A stretch of 64,000 nucleotides of DNA from Candidatus Thorarchaeota archaeon (GTDB taxonomy: Archaea; Asgardarchaeota; Thorarchaeia; Thorarchaeales; Thorarchaeaceae), in assembly GCA_048882045.1 (NCBI GenBank), contig JBHLRZ010000009.1, positions 1 to 64,000 on the forward strand, given 5' to 3'. Position 1 is the stretch's first letter. Each line of letters opens with the position of its first letter. The notes under the pieces are model-generated. The model saw nothing but the letters and a program-made list of their open reading frames with translations, was not told the origin of the DNA and searched no databases. Made by a program: the position numbers and the translations under genes. Of this stretch, positions 10,017 through 18,719 are shown in pieces.

Positions 10017-10517
10017 TTACACCATTGTCTGATGGATCTCGAACCCACAACCAAGGCATCGTAAATTGTCACCATTCACTTCAGCAACCTGGGCATCGCA
10101 TGTAGGACACTTCTGAACGATCAAGTTTTCAAGGTTGTAATTTCGGAGTATCTTTTCTACATCGTTAAGGCTGCGATACTCAAACAAAACCTTTCCATCA
10201 GCGCCTGTCACCATCTTAGAGATAGGTCCAGCTTTTGAATCATAGAACATCAGTAGTGGTTTCATCAATTCAATCCCAAGCATGATTTCCATTCCAACGC
10301 CAAGTGATGGATTTGATATCTCTACGACCAAAAAGTCACTCATTCTGATATTATGGACATCACGTCTATAGATCTCCTCAGGTTCTGCAGGAGCCAGTAA
10401 TTGCGGTGCGAAGACGGTGAGGCCAAGGTCTTCCATAACTTGAATGACAGTACTACAGAAGTCATCCTTCCGAGATTCCTTTTGAATGATTGGCGCTGAG
10501 AGATAGACCAAAACCAA
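10017..10517 (-). CDS. Nucleoside 2-deoxyribosyltransferase (NDT/DNPH1-like) protein with C-terminal zinc ribbon
   Basis: VYLSAPI, IYRRDVHNIRMSD, PSLGVGMEI; CPTC...CLGC. Confidence 0.8.
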   Translation of the reverse strand: MVLVYLSAPIIQKESRKDDFCSTVIQVMEDLGLTVFAPQLLAPAEPEEIYRRDVHNIRMSDFLVVEISNPSLGVGMEIMLGIELMKPLLMFYDSKAGPISKMVTGADGKVLFEYRSLNDVEKILRNYNLENLIVQKCPTCDAQVAEVNGDNLRCLGCGFEIHQTMV

Positions 10518-10530
10518 TTGAATAACCCTC

Positions 10531-10884
10531 TCAAACCTCAGACTCTGCAGATGCTCCTAAATCCGTAATTGATGGAATAGAACCATCATCCACAAGCTCT
10601 TCATATCTTCCTGATTTCCCTAGTGACAACTGAACTTTGCCACGCCACTCCTTTGCCCAACCATCTATTATCTTGATGACTTTTCCAGCCGAAAGGTCTG
10701 CGCCGACACCATAGCCCCAGAGTGAGAGAATTGCAGATGAGCCTGGTTCATCAGCGATCAACACCTCGATGAGCTGTGTCGTCTTCCCATACCTCGTTTT
10801 AATCATTCTTGGAGGGGCGACTGAAACAACTCGAACAACGAGTTCAGTCACATTCTTCTCTGGTTCGACCTCAGCCAATTTCAA
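10531..10884 (-). CDS. ssb: Single-OB-fold ssDNA-binding protein (crenarchaeal SSB-like)
   Basis: VVRVVSVAPPRMIKTR, IADEPGSSAILSLWG, GKVIKIIDGWAKEWRGKVQLSLGK. Confidence 0.82.
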   Translation of the reverse strand: MKLAEVEPEKNVTELVVRVVSVAPPRMIKTRYGKTTQLIEVLIADEPGSSAILSLWGYGVGADLSAGKVIKIIDGWAKEWRGKVQLSLGKSGRYEELVDDGSIPSITDLGASAESEV

Positions 10885-10951
10885 AAGGATTCACTCATGA
10901 TTGCTGTATCAAACAAGCAAATCAGTCTTTCCGAGTGACAAAACTAAAGAT

Positions 10952-12673
10952 TTAGTCAGTTTCTTCTTCGGATTCTCTGGTATCAAGAAGACGGTCTAGT
11001 TCAGCCAATGATTCACCATTTAATGGGAGATGATCGTCATCATGTGTTTCCTCTGTGCCTAGTCCTCCAACAGAACGTTCTAATGGACCAAGAATCGACT
11101 CAAGTTCCAATAATGATTCTTCATCAACCTCTTCAGTTCCATTGTTTTCCCCTTCAATCGGGATAGCTTCATCACTTCCAATCGCTTCTAGGGCTGTGTC
11201 TATCTCTTCTGCTGGCACTTGATCAAGTTCAGCAGCAATGATGTCATCAGCTTCGAGGGCCTCAAAAATGAGATCTTTTGCCATCTTTATGGCTTGAAAA
11301 TTCTCTTCGATGACTATTTCAGGACCTCCTTCTCTCATGACCCTCACCCTCATCTTGAGTTCAGGTAAAGGAGGTTGAGCTTCGGACTCAATCTCTACTT
11401 CAACAGGCGCTTCTATATCTTCATCAACAGTCGGAACCTCATAGGCTTCTACCTCTTCAGGTTCCACAAAAGGTCCCTCATCTTCCTCAATTTCAATCTC
11501 AACAGGGACTTCTGGTTCTACCTCAGCCTCGACGAGTACCTCTTCTTCTTCCTCTTCTATTTCCACCTCTTCCTCAATGGTTTCCTCTTCTTCAATCACT
11601 TCCACTTCTTCTTCGATAACCTCGTATTCATCAATGTCCTCTATGATTCGACCATCTTCATCAACATAGATTTCCTCATACTCTTCTTCTTCCTCTTCTT
11701 CCTCTTCTTCTTCCGCTTTCAGAGCTTCCTCTTCTCGCAGCTCCTCAATAGCGTCTACTTCTGCAATAGCTTCTTCTGTAGCAGCATCGGTAAATTTCAG
11801 AAGCTCTGAAGCTGGGAGGTCTGGAAGAGCCACACCTACAAATTGAGAAGCAGCAGTCATCAATATCCTAAGCATCTCATCTCGACGGTCCTTGTCAATT
11901 GCTACCATTGGATAAGTTGGAATACCGAGGATTTTTTGGACTACTTCAGGCTTCATCGCGTTTGGTTTGTCTTGTTTGTTGGCCATAGCGAATACCGGAA
12001 CTTTCGGTGCGTCCCGTTTGATGAGTTTCAAGATGTCCTTGCTGATAATCACATTACGAAGAGTCGAGTCACAGACAAGGAAAATTACATCCGCGCCATG
12101 GAAATAGAACCTCCATAATGTGCGAAAACGTTCTTGGCCTGCAAAGTCCCACAAAACGAGTGAGTAGTTACCAAATCGGATGTTCTCTACAGTTTCGAGG
12201 TTGAGTGCAATAGTCGGGACATACTGAAGGGGAGGAGTATCACCAAGTAGAAGGTGAAGAGTCGTTGTTTTTCCGACACCACCTTCTCCGACTAATGCGA
12301 TTTTTAGTCGTGTAGTTACCGATGGTTCGATTAGAACCTTGTAGATCTCACTAACGCCGTCGATTCCCTTCTTCTTGAAAGTCCTGTTTAGTACCTTAAT
12401 AGCTTGATCCATTTTCTCGTAAACGTTCCCCTCTTCTTCACTCTTATCTGTAACGAAAACCAAAACTGTGTCATCCAGGCAGTCTCTTCCAAGAAACTTG
12501 TGATCACCAATAATAAGGGGTAGTTCTGAGACCTGATCGTGCTCAGATCTCAAGTCCTCTCTAGTTGTGATGAACTCATTAAGAGCTCCTTCTGTGACAT
12601 CCACTGGCCAATATTGTGTCGATGCAATGACCTCTCGAGTGGAAATTAGGACGAGGAAAGTATTGTGAATCAC
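10952..12673 (-). CDS. Longin-like domain + Arf-like small GTPase + long acidic low-complexity tail
   Basis: GEGGVGKT, YVPT, WDFAGQERFRTLWRFYF, NKQD; N-terminal ~120 aa resembles a longin fold; about 280-aa Glu-rich tail. Confidence 0.85.
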   Translation of the reverse strand: MIHNTFLVLISTREVIASTQYWPVDVTEGALNEFITTREDLRSEHDQVSELPLIIGDHKFLGRDCLDDTVLVFVTDKSEEEGNVYEKMDQAIKVLNRTFKKKGIDGVSEIYKVLIEPSVTTRLKIALVGEGGVGKTTTLHLLLGDTPPLQYVPTIALNLETVENIRFGNYSLVLWDFAGQERFRTLWRFYFHGADVIFLVCDSTLRNVIISKDILKLIKRDAPKVPVFAMANKQDKPNAMKPEVVQKILGIPTYPMVAIDKDRRDEMLRILMTAASQFVGVALPDLPASELLKFTDAATEEAIAEVDAIEELREEEALKAEEEEEEEEEEEYEEIYVDEDGRIIEDIDEYEVIEEEVEVIEEEETIEEEVEIEEEEEEVLVEAEVEPEVPVEIEIEEDEGPFVEPEEVEAYEVPTVDEDIEAPVEVEIESEAQPPLPELKMRVRVMREGGPEIVIEENFQAIKMAKDLIFEALEADDIIAAELDQVPAEEIDTALEAIGSDEAIPIEGENNGTEEVDEESLLELESILGPLERSVGGLGTEETHDDDHLPLNGESLAELDRLLDTRESEEETD

Positions 12674-12799
12674 TTCGATATCACCAGACTCATTTAGAGC
12701 GAGGAATTCATTTTCGCAAGCCTAGGTACTTCTAAATTAAGCCTTTAGGAATAGATTAAGTTGTTCCGTGTGTGTATTTTGATGTTCTGTGTACCTATT

Positions 12800-13012
12800 A
12801 TGCTCCCTCAGAGAAGTTAGATGTTGGAGCGGCGGTTCGCCAAAGCGAACCTTCCGCATCCGTGGAGCTCTTTCCAACAGGATGCATGGTAAAATCAAAT
12901 TACATGCGCAAGACTTGCCCCATAGGGCAAATAGGGACCTAGAAACTCACTTTGGGACCGTGTTTGAGTTCCTTTGACGGGGGAAGCCATGCAACCCTGT
13001 TCTGAAAGATTT
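12800..13012 (-). ncRNA. Candidate structured non-coding RNA, family unknown
   Basis: 14-bp closing helix (12987-13001 with 12876-12889), three more strong hairpins, G-U wobbles favouring the minus strand, upstream BRE/TATA. Confidence 0.6.
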
Positions 13013-13033
13013 CTAGGAAACGAAGCATCTCTT

Positions 13034-13050
13034 CATATATAGGGTTTTCT
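13034..13050 (-). promoter_or_regulatory. Archaeal BRE + TATA box
   Basis: Minus strand AGAAAACCCTATATATG, about 30 nt before the structured region; no CDS start nearby. Confidence 0.55.
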
Positions 13051-13186
13051 GGTTGTGAAAGAGTCGCAGAATCGTCCTGAGTAAATTGTGGAAATCGCAG
13101 TCTATTGTAGAATAATCAAGCCAACCGTAGGTCTTCTATTGACTGTAGAAGATGAGTCCTCATCTGGGGTGCTAGATGAGAAAAGG

Positions 13187-14326
13187 CTACCTTGGGAAAT
13201 TGTCTCTCAGAAGGCGTAGGTGATGATGCACCATTTCCATCTGTTTTGGATCGTCAGGAGTCTTCTCAAGGTCTGTTACCAGAGTCTGAAGGAAGTATTC
13301 GGGGAAGAAGAGTCTTACACGGATATCATTGAGCAAGAACAACCACTTGTCATACTCACCTGAAGCACCCTTTCTCCTCTTCTCAGAGATGATTCGGAAC
13401 TTCTTCAGCGTTTGGATTGCTTGTTTAAGTTCCTTTGGTGGAATTGCTAGGGTTGCCTCCAACTCTGAGATGTTGACTGGTCTTCTTCTCAGCTCACTCA
13501 GTGTATCATAGCAGTCTGGGTCCGCAAGGACCTGAGCTACGGAAACTGTGTCCTCAGGAGTTTTCTGCCATTCAGTTAGAAACTCCAAGACCTCTCCTTT
13601 GTACTCAGCGGCGAGCTCTGGATCAAGTACACTTCCAGCAGCCTCCATTGCGATGAGCGGTGGAGCACGAAAGACTTCAAGGTCTTTTATCATAAATACA
13701 CAAGTACGACCGATTTCATCAACCCACTCTGTCTTCACCAGACCGAGCTCTTCAAATGGAGCCATGATTGAATCAACACTGACACTTGGTAGGCCTGTAA
13801 CCATCTTGAGCCATTCTTCTAGCTCCTCCTTCGAGATACCACCCTTCCAGAGTTTCGGAAACACAGCACGAGACACCTCGTCTGAAAATAGACGCGCAAG
13901 CCGTGACTCGTCTGTCATACCTGCAAGGCGGATAATTCGACGATAGGTGTTGTCGAGCTCTGTCTGCAGTTCAGCGTCTGTCATCGCTACAACTGCATTG
14001 GTGAGGGGTGTGACCACAGAGGTTATTGCAGCCTCGTAGGTTTTCGGATCTTCAGAGGGTGTAAGCAGGAGTGACACACAGTATTGCTCTTCTTCTCGAA
14101 CAATTCCAGTATAGTAAGACGCAACACCGTATTCCTCTCCTCCTATTCTAACGCTCAGTGATGAGAATCCTGCAGTGGCATCTCCCATGGCGTGTGAGGT
14201 GAAAATACGCATTATTTCTGTATTGAGATCCTCTCGATAGTAATCCGCAAAGTCTCCAGGAACCTTTGCTTTAAGGACGGCTCCTATCTTAGAGTCCCAG
14301 TCTATCAACAGCATAGCTACGGGCAT
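13187..14326 (-). CDS. uDENN/NPRL2-like longin domain protein with tandem wHTH domains
   Basis: N-terminal MLLIDWDSKIGAVLKAKVP...YCVSLLL longin/uDENN pattern; wHTH-like segments (ISKEELEEWL...ELGLVK; VNISELEATL...LKKFRII). Confidence 0.65.
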   Translation of the reverse strand: MPVAMLLIDWDSKIGAVLKAKVPGDFADYYREDLNTEIMRIFTSHAMGDATAGFSSLSVRIGGEEYGVASYYTGIVREEEQYCVSLLLTPSEDPKTYEAAITSVVTPLTNAVVAMTDAELQTELDNTYRRIIRLAGMTDESRLARLFSDEVSRAVFPKLWKGGISKEELEEWLKMVTGLPSVSVDSIMAPFEELGLVKTEWVDEIGRTCVFMIKDLEVFRAPPLIAMEAAGSVLDPELAAEYKGEVLEFLTEWQKTPEDTVSVAQVLADPDCYDTLSELRRRPVNISELEATLAIPPKELKQAIQTLKKFRIISEKRRKGASGEYDKWLFLLNDIRVRLFFPEYFLQTLVTDLEKTPDDPKQMEMVHHHLRLLRDNFPR

Positions 14327-14478
14327 TTTTACTTCTCTCCCTGTCCCTAGGGGATGGTCAGTTTAAAGCCGGGTTACATTACGTTGCAACGAGCCAGCCT
14401 AAAAAACCTTGTCTTATTTGGATTCGAGAATGAGAAATTTCGACAAAATAAGCGCTTTTTGGATGGGAGTTTCGGGTT

Positions 14479-15177
14479 TCAGAACGCTCTAGATTCCGAT
14501 TTTTTTATCGTTTCCACGATGATTTTGTGAATTTCTTCCACTACTTGTTCAAGTGGATTATTCGAGTCGATGATTATGTAATTCGCTGTGTCGCTTTCAG
14601 CCATCTCAAGGTAATTCTGTCGGACCTTGATAAGTCGGTCCAGTTTTTCAAATTGTTGATTTGCTATTCCAGTTCTTCCAGTGGCACGCTCAAGACCAAT
14701 CTCAGCAGGGACATCAAGTATGAAGACAATGTCAGGTTCTGGAGCAGAGATTCCCTCACGATTTCTACGAAGGATTTCACTCCAGTGAAGATCCATGACT
14801 GTGGATTGGTATGCACCTGTGGCAAAGAAATACCGGTCTAGCAGCACAATTTTGCCTTCAGTAAGGGCTGGGAGAATCCTATTCGCGATGTGCCACTCGC
14901 GGTCTCTAATAAAGAGTTCAAGTTCTTCCTCAGGGGTTAGTTCACCGTTTGGAGACCGTTTACTAATCTCAATTCCCCACTTACTTTCTTTTGTTGGTTC
15001 TCTTAGATAAACTACCTCATGGCCTTCAGATCTGAGGAGACCCACTAGTCTTTCACAAGCACAAGTCTTCCCAGAACCATCAATCCCCTCCAGTACAAAG
15101 AGATGACCTGTGCGTTTCTTGGGTTCGACATCTTTCAAGGACTGAGGTCTCCTGAGCTGATTCACTGTCCCTTCCAA
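14479..15177 (-). CDS. tmk: Thymidylate kinase
   Basis: FVLEGIDGSGKT, REP, LDRYF, AYQ, PDIVFILDVP. Confidence 0.95.
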   Translation of the reverse strand: MEGTVNQLRRPQSLKDVEPKKRTGHLFVLEGIDGSGKTCACERLVGLLRSEGHEVVYLREPTKESKWGIEISKRSPNGELTPEEELELFIRDREWHIANRILPALTEGKIVLLDRYFFATGAYQSTVMDLHWSEILRRNREGISAPEPDIVFILDVPAEIGLERATGRTGIANQQFEKLDRLIKVRQNYLEMAESDTANYIIIDSNNPLEQVVEEIHKIIVETIKKSESRAF

Positions 15178-15267
15178 CTCGAGATAGTATTAGATGCTTC
15201 GGTTGAACAATCAAGGAGGAAGGCTTAAATCAAAGTTGTTATAGGATAGGTTAACCTATCCTATGAC

Positions 15268-15771
15268 GTGTGGAATTTGAAACGTGTTAAAACATGGTGG
15301 TTGGTGCCACTCATCTCACTCTTTCTTATGATGCAACCAATCGGTACAGCAGGAGAGAGTGAAGCTCGTTCAATCATCGCAGCAGAAGGAATCACCGTAA
15401 GAGTAGACTTTGGCAATGGAACGAGTATTGATTTCAGTGGCCTTAATGGTTCAACTGTCCTCGAGGTGACGTCAGGAGTCCTTGATGTGCAAGTTGACTG
15501 GTATGGGCCATTGGCATATGTTAGAGGAATAGAGGGTATTGTCGGTGAGGGGCAGTACGGTTGGGAATACTGGGTGAACGGTGAATTCGCATCGGTGGCA
15601 GTAAATCTGTATACAGTTGCTGATAACGACATAATCGAGTGGGTTTATTCTACTCCAGATCCACAATCCCTTCAGGATCCTACTCTGATTCCAGGCGTTT
15701 CCATCATATCAATATCCGGTTTCGGATTCCTCGTTGTTGTCTATGTTCGAACTTCTAGGAGGTTGAGATGA
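15268..15771 (+). CDS. DUF4430 (transcobalamin C-terminal-like) membrane-anchored protein
   Basis: Signal peptide; YVRGIEGI...GWEYWVNGEFASVAVNLYTVADNDIIEWVY; C-terminal TM helix. Confidence 0.8.
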   Translation: MWNLKRVKTWWLVPLISLFLMMQPIGTAGESEARSIIAAEGITVRVDFGNGTSIDFSGLNGSTVLEVTSGVLDVQVDWYGPLAYVRGIEGIVGEGQYGWEYWVNGEFASVAVNLYTVADNDIIEWVYSTPDPQSLQDPTLIPGVSIISISGFGFLVVVYVRTSRRLR

Positions 15772-16524
15772 ATGAAAAGAAAGGTTTCGATGATTTTGAT
15801 ATTAGCGCTCTTCATGATATCATTGGGTGGTGCACCACAAGCATTTGGATATAGCACAGCAATTCATCCCAATACAACAATTCTTTGGGAAATTGAAGCT
15901 GCTCCATCTGAACCATTTTTGATGTACTATTCTGAGGGTGGTTATTGGTTGGCTGAGAATGCAACGCATTTCACATTTGGTGTCACCTCGGTTAGTGATG
16001 ATGTCGCTGGTTACGTCAACCTTGGAAATGTATCCGTTTTGGCTAATGATACTGAAATTGCAAAGGATCTGACTCTTGGTGTATGGGGGACTCACACAGA
16101 ATGGTGGCCGGGTCTTATTATTGAGGTCACATCTCCTGCTATTATGAGCCTTAACGAATCTGCCTATGCATCAGCAGAGAGAGTTGCAGGTAATTATCTG
16201 AATGGAACTATGACGTCAAGATTCGATAACATAACAATTAGAGAAATTGAACACCAATGTATTGTCTTTGATTACGAACAAGACCCTCCTGGAAATCAAG
16301 TGACACACCTAGCCTACTCTTTGACATCTGGAGTATTGATTGAGGCGAATACAACCTTTACGTTTGGGACACCTTACGAACTTACCTTCAAATTCTGGGA
16401 ATTTGTAGAAGCAGTAGATTTCTCAATCGATACCGGTGGTATCATCATCTTGACAGGTGCTATCGGAGGAGCATTTGTAGCAATTGTATTGTTGGTCTAT
16501 GTGAAACTGAGTCGGAGTAAATGA
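15772..16524 (+). CDS. Secreted, C-terminally anchored hypothetical protein
   Basis: Signal peptide, beta-rich body, C-terminal TM; abuts both neighbours. Confidence 0.75.
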   Translation: MKRKVSMILILALFMISLGGAPQAFGYSTAIHPNTTILWEIEAAPSEPFLMYYSEGGYWLAENATHFTFGVTSVSDDVAGYVNLGNVSVLANDTEIAKDLTLGVWGTHTEWWPGLIIEVTSPAIMSLNESAYASAERVAGNYLNGTMTSRFDNITIREIEHQCIVFDYEQDPPGNQVTHLAYSLTSGVLIEANTTFTFGTPYELTFKFWEFVEAVDFSIDTGGIIILTGAIGGAFVAIVLLVYVKLSRSK

Positions 16525-17165
16525 CGAGGTGGAAAGCTATGGGAACCCAGAGATACACCAGAGGTATTGGTGGAAGTAGATGGGTTTCCATAACCGCCAT
16601 TATGACTGCACTCGCACTAGTAGGTAATTATGCACTTGTGGCAGTTCCGAATCTTGAGCTTGGATCAAGTATGCTTTTCCTGACCGCATACATCTTTGGT
16701 GCTCATATGGCAATCTGGTCGACACTCATAATGTCACTACTCTTTGGAATCATCAATCCATGGGGTGCTTTCATTCCTCAAATCTGGATGTCCCAAGTTG
16801 TAGGATGGTTCTACATCGTTGCAACTGGATCGATAATGGGAAGAGTAAGACCAAGTGGTGAGCGACTGGAACCGAAAAAATGGGAGCTGGCAATAGCTGG
16901 GGCTTTTGTCACATTTATCTTCGAACAAGTTACAAACATAGGTTATTCCGTAACCTTTGGTGTTCCTTTCTATATTGCAATCACTGCAGCTATTCCATTC
17001 ACCTTGTTACATATCGTTTCCAATACAATCATCTTTTCACAGGTAGTGCCAATGCTAGATTCAGCCTTGACACAACAGCTCAAAGGGCTTATCTGGAATG
17101 CTGAAACAGAGAAGGATAGTATAAGGGGAACAGATTTACAATTCTATGGAGAGACCATTAGTTGA
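16521..17165 (+). CDS. ECF transporter S-component (CbrT-like, putative cobalamin)
   Basis: TAIMTALALVGNYALVAVPNLEL, about 6 TM helices, IPFTLLHIVSN; DUF4430 neighbour. Confidence 0.75.
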   Translation: MTRWKAMGTQRYTRGIGGSRWVSITAIMTALALVGNYALVAVPNLELGSSMLFLTAYIFGAHMAIWSTLIMSLLFGIINPWGAFIPQIWMSQVVGWFYIVATGSIMGRVRPSGERLEPKKWELAIAGAFVTFIFEQVTNIGYSVTFGVPFYIAITAAIPFTLLHIVSNTIIFSQVVPMLDSALTQQLKGLIWNAETEKDSIRGTDLQFYGETIS

Positions 17166-17800
17166 CATGGAAAAACGAGTTCATCAACCTCTCGCAGCCT
17201 GCAGATGGGCGGGTTGCACCAGCCTTCAAACCGCACCATGCTGCAGTAGCTCTGATAATGATAGGACGGGAGCAACCTCTTGGACGGTATGAGCTTTGCG
17301 GAAAGATGTCCATTGGAGAGGGGAGTGCACGGACTCTGTTGAAGCGTCTAACTGAGGCGGATTACATTGAACCAGAAGGAAAACAGGGGCAGAAACTCAC
17401 AGCTAAGGGTCAAAGGTTGTTTGATGCTGTTTCCAAAGATGTGCCTGTAGGGCTTTCACTAGATGTCAGACGTCTTGTGATGTATGATGAAGCCTATGCA
17501 AACCTGGTTAAGAGCAGGGCTTTACGTGTGACTGATGGTATCAGACAGAGAGATGAAGCAATCATTCAAGGAGGATATGGGAAGGCTGGTGCCACGACAC
17601 TCGTTCAGAAGAATGTCCGACTTGTAATGCCTCCGGATGACTTCCATGTGTTGTTGGAGTATGAACCTGAAACCCTTCTTATAATTGAGAGTCTTAGACC
17701 TGAAGATGGAGATGTAGTCGTCATCGGTTCCGCAGATGATCCGAACCTAGCACGAGAGGTTGCAATGGCTTCTGTCATGACACTGTTCGACGAGGGGTGA
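17162..17800 (+). CDS. wHTH + DUF4443-type protein
   Basis: QPLGRYELCGKMSIGEGSARTLLKRL; GIRQRDEAI...GATTL. Confidence 0.75.
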   Translation: MTWKNEFINLSQPADGRVAPAFKPHHAAVALIMIGREQPLGRYELCGKMSIGEGSARTLLKRLTEADYIEPEGKQGQKLTAKGQRLFDAVSKDVPVGLSLDVRRLVMYDEAYANLVKSRALRVTDGIRQRDEAIIQGGYGKAGATTLVQKNVRLVMPPDDFHVLLEYEPETLLIIESLRPEDGDVVVIGSADDPNLAREVAMASVMTLFDEG

Positions 17801-17803
17801 TTC

Positions 17804-18631
17804 ATGCAGTCTGACCTCTTTGGAAATGTCCCAGAGATTGTAATTGATGTACATGAAACTGGCGGAAAGAAGATGAACTCTGTCAAGCATCTCATGTCAA
17901 TGTTAGACAAAGAGAACATCCCATATGTTATAGAGAAGATTCCAATTGGAGATGTCTTGGGTATGGAGGGCATCGCAATCGAAAGGAAAACAGTCAATGA
18001 TTTAGTGAACACACTCAAAGGTAGCAAAGTAGGAGTTCCACGTTTAACCAAGCAGATGGATGCGCTTCTTGAGTATGAGAAACCCTATGTCTTGATTGAG
18101 AACATACTCGCAATCAGAAGGGATCCAATGAAAGGATGTGTCTATGTCCCATTCTCGACTAAGCAGACTAAGGGGAAACCATATTTTGTTACAATGGAGA
18201 TGGCCAGCTATATTCATCCAAGTGCGTTGGATGCTCTCATTGAAAGTATTAGGGAGAGAGGAATTCAAGTCATTGAGGGATTCAATGCATTACATTCAGC
18301 TGGTCTTCTCTATGGAATTCTCATGGGAAACAACAAGAATCGAGAAAAAACTGGGCAACGACTCCCAATCATTAGGACTAGAAAGGGCCTAGACTCGATG
18401 AACGATGAGCAGGAGTTCTTTATTGCAGGATTCCCGGGAATCAATGTTGTACGCGCTAAGAGCATACTCGAACATTTTGGATCCCCCCAAGAAGCTATCT
18501 TTCGGATTGATGAGTGGGGAAAAATCCCTGGAATTGGTCCAAAAACAATTGCTTCTGCGAAGAGGTTGCTCTTCTCAGATTATGAAGTACAGCAGGAAGA
18601 AGATGTAGAAGAAGAGCCAACTGATTCTTGA
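17804..18631 (+). CDS. xpf: ERCC4/XPF structure-specific endonuclease (short, helicase-less form)
   Basis: GD...IERKTVND nuclease motif; tandem HhH (FPGINVVRAK, IPGIGPKT). Confidence 0.9.
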   Translation: MQSDLFGNVPEIVIDVHETGGKKMNSVKHLMSMLDKENIPYVIEKIPIGDVLGMEGIAIERKTVNDLVNTLKGSKVGVPRLTKQMDALLEYEKPYVLIENILAIRRDPMKGCVYVPFSTKQTKGKPYFVTMEMASYIHPSALDALIESIRERGIQVIEGFNALHSAGLLYGILMGNNKNREKTGQRLPIIRTRKGLDSMNDEQEFFIAGFPGINVVRAKSILEHFGSPQEAIFRIDEWGKIPGIGPKTIASAKRLLFSDYEVQQEEDVEEEPTDS

Positions 18632-18719
18632 CATTGCCAGCTCGATAATCTTAAAAGAAGTCTATCGGAGAAACCAGAAGCACTATTATATGATTATAGA
18701 ATAGTAAGGTGACTGTTCA

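Noticed and set aside
11375-11809. Phe-rich 144-aa ORF and apparent repeat
   Set aside because: Antisense of the GAA/GAG-rich acidic tail; neither a membrane protein nor a true tandem repeat
12789-12977. 62-aa plus-strand ORF
   Set aside because: No motif or SD; the region is better explained by minus-strand RNA structure
12800-13012. RNase P, SRP or 5S RNA, or a cobalamin riboswitch
   Set aside because: No GAGGAAAGUCC core, no SRP helix-8 motif, no 5S or B12-box consensus seen
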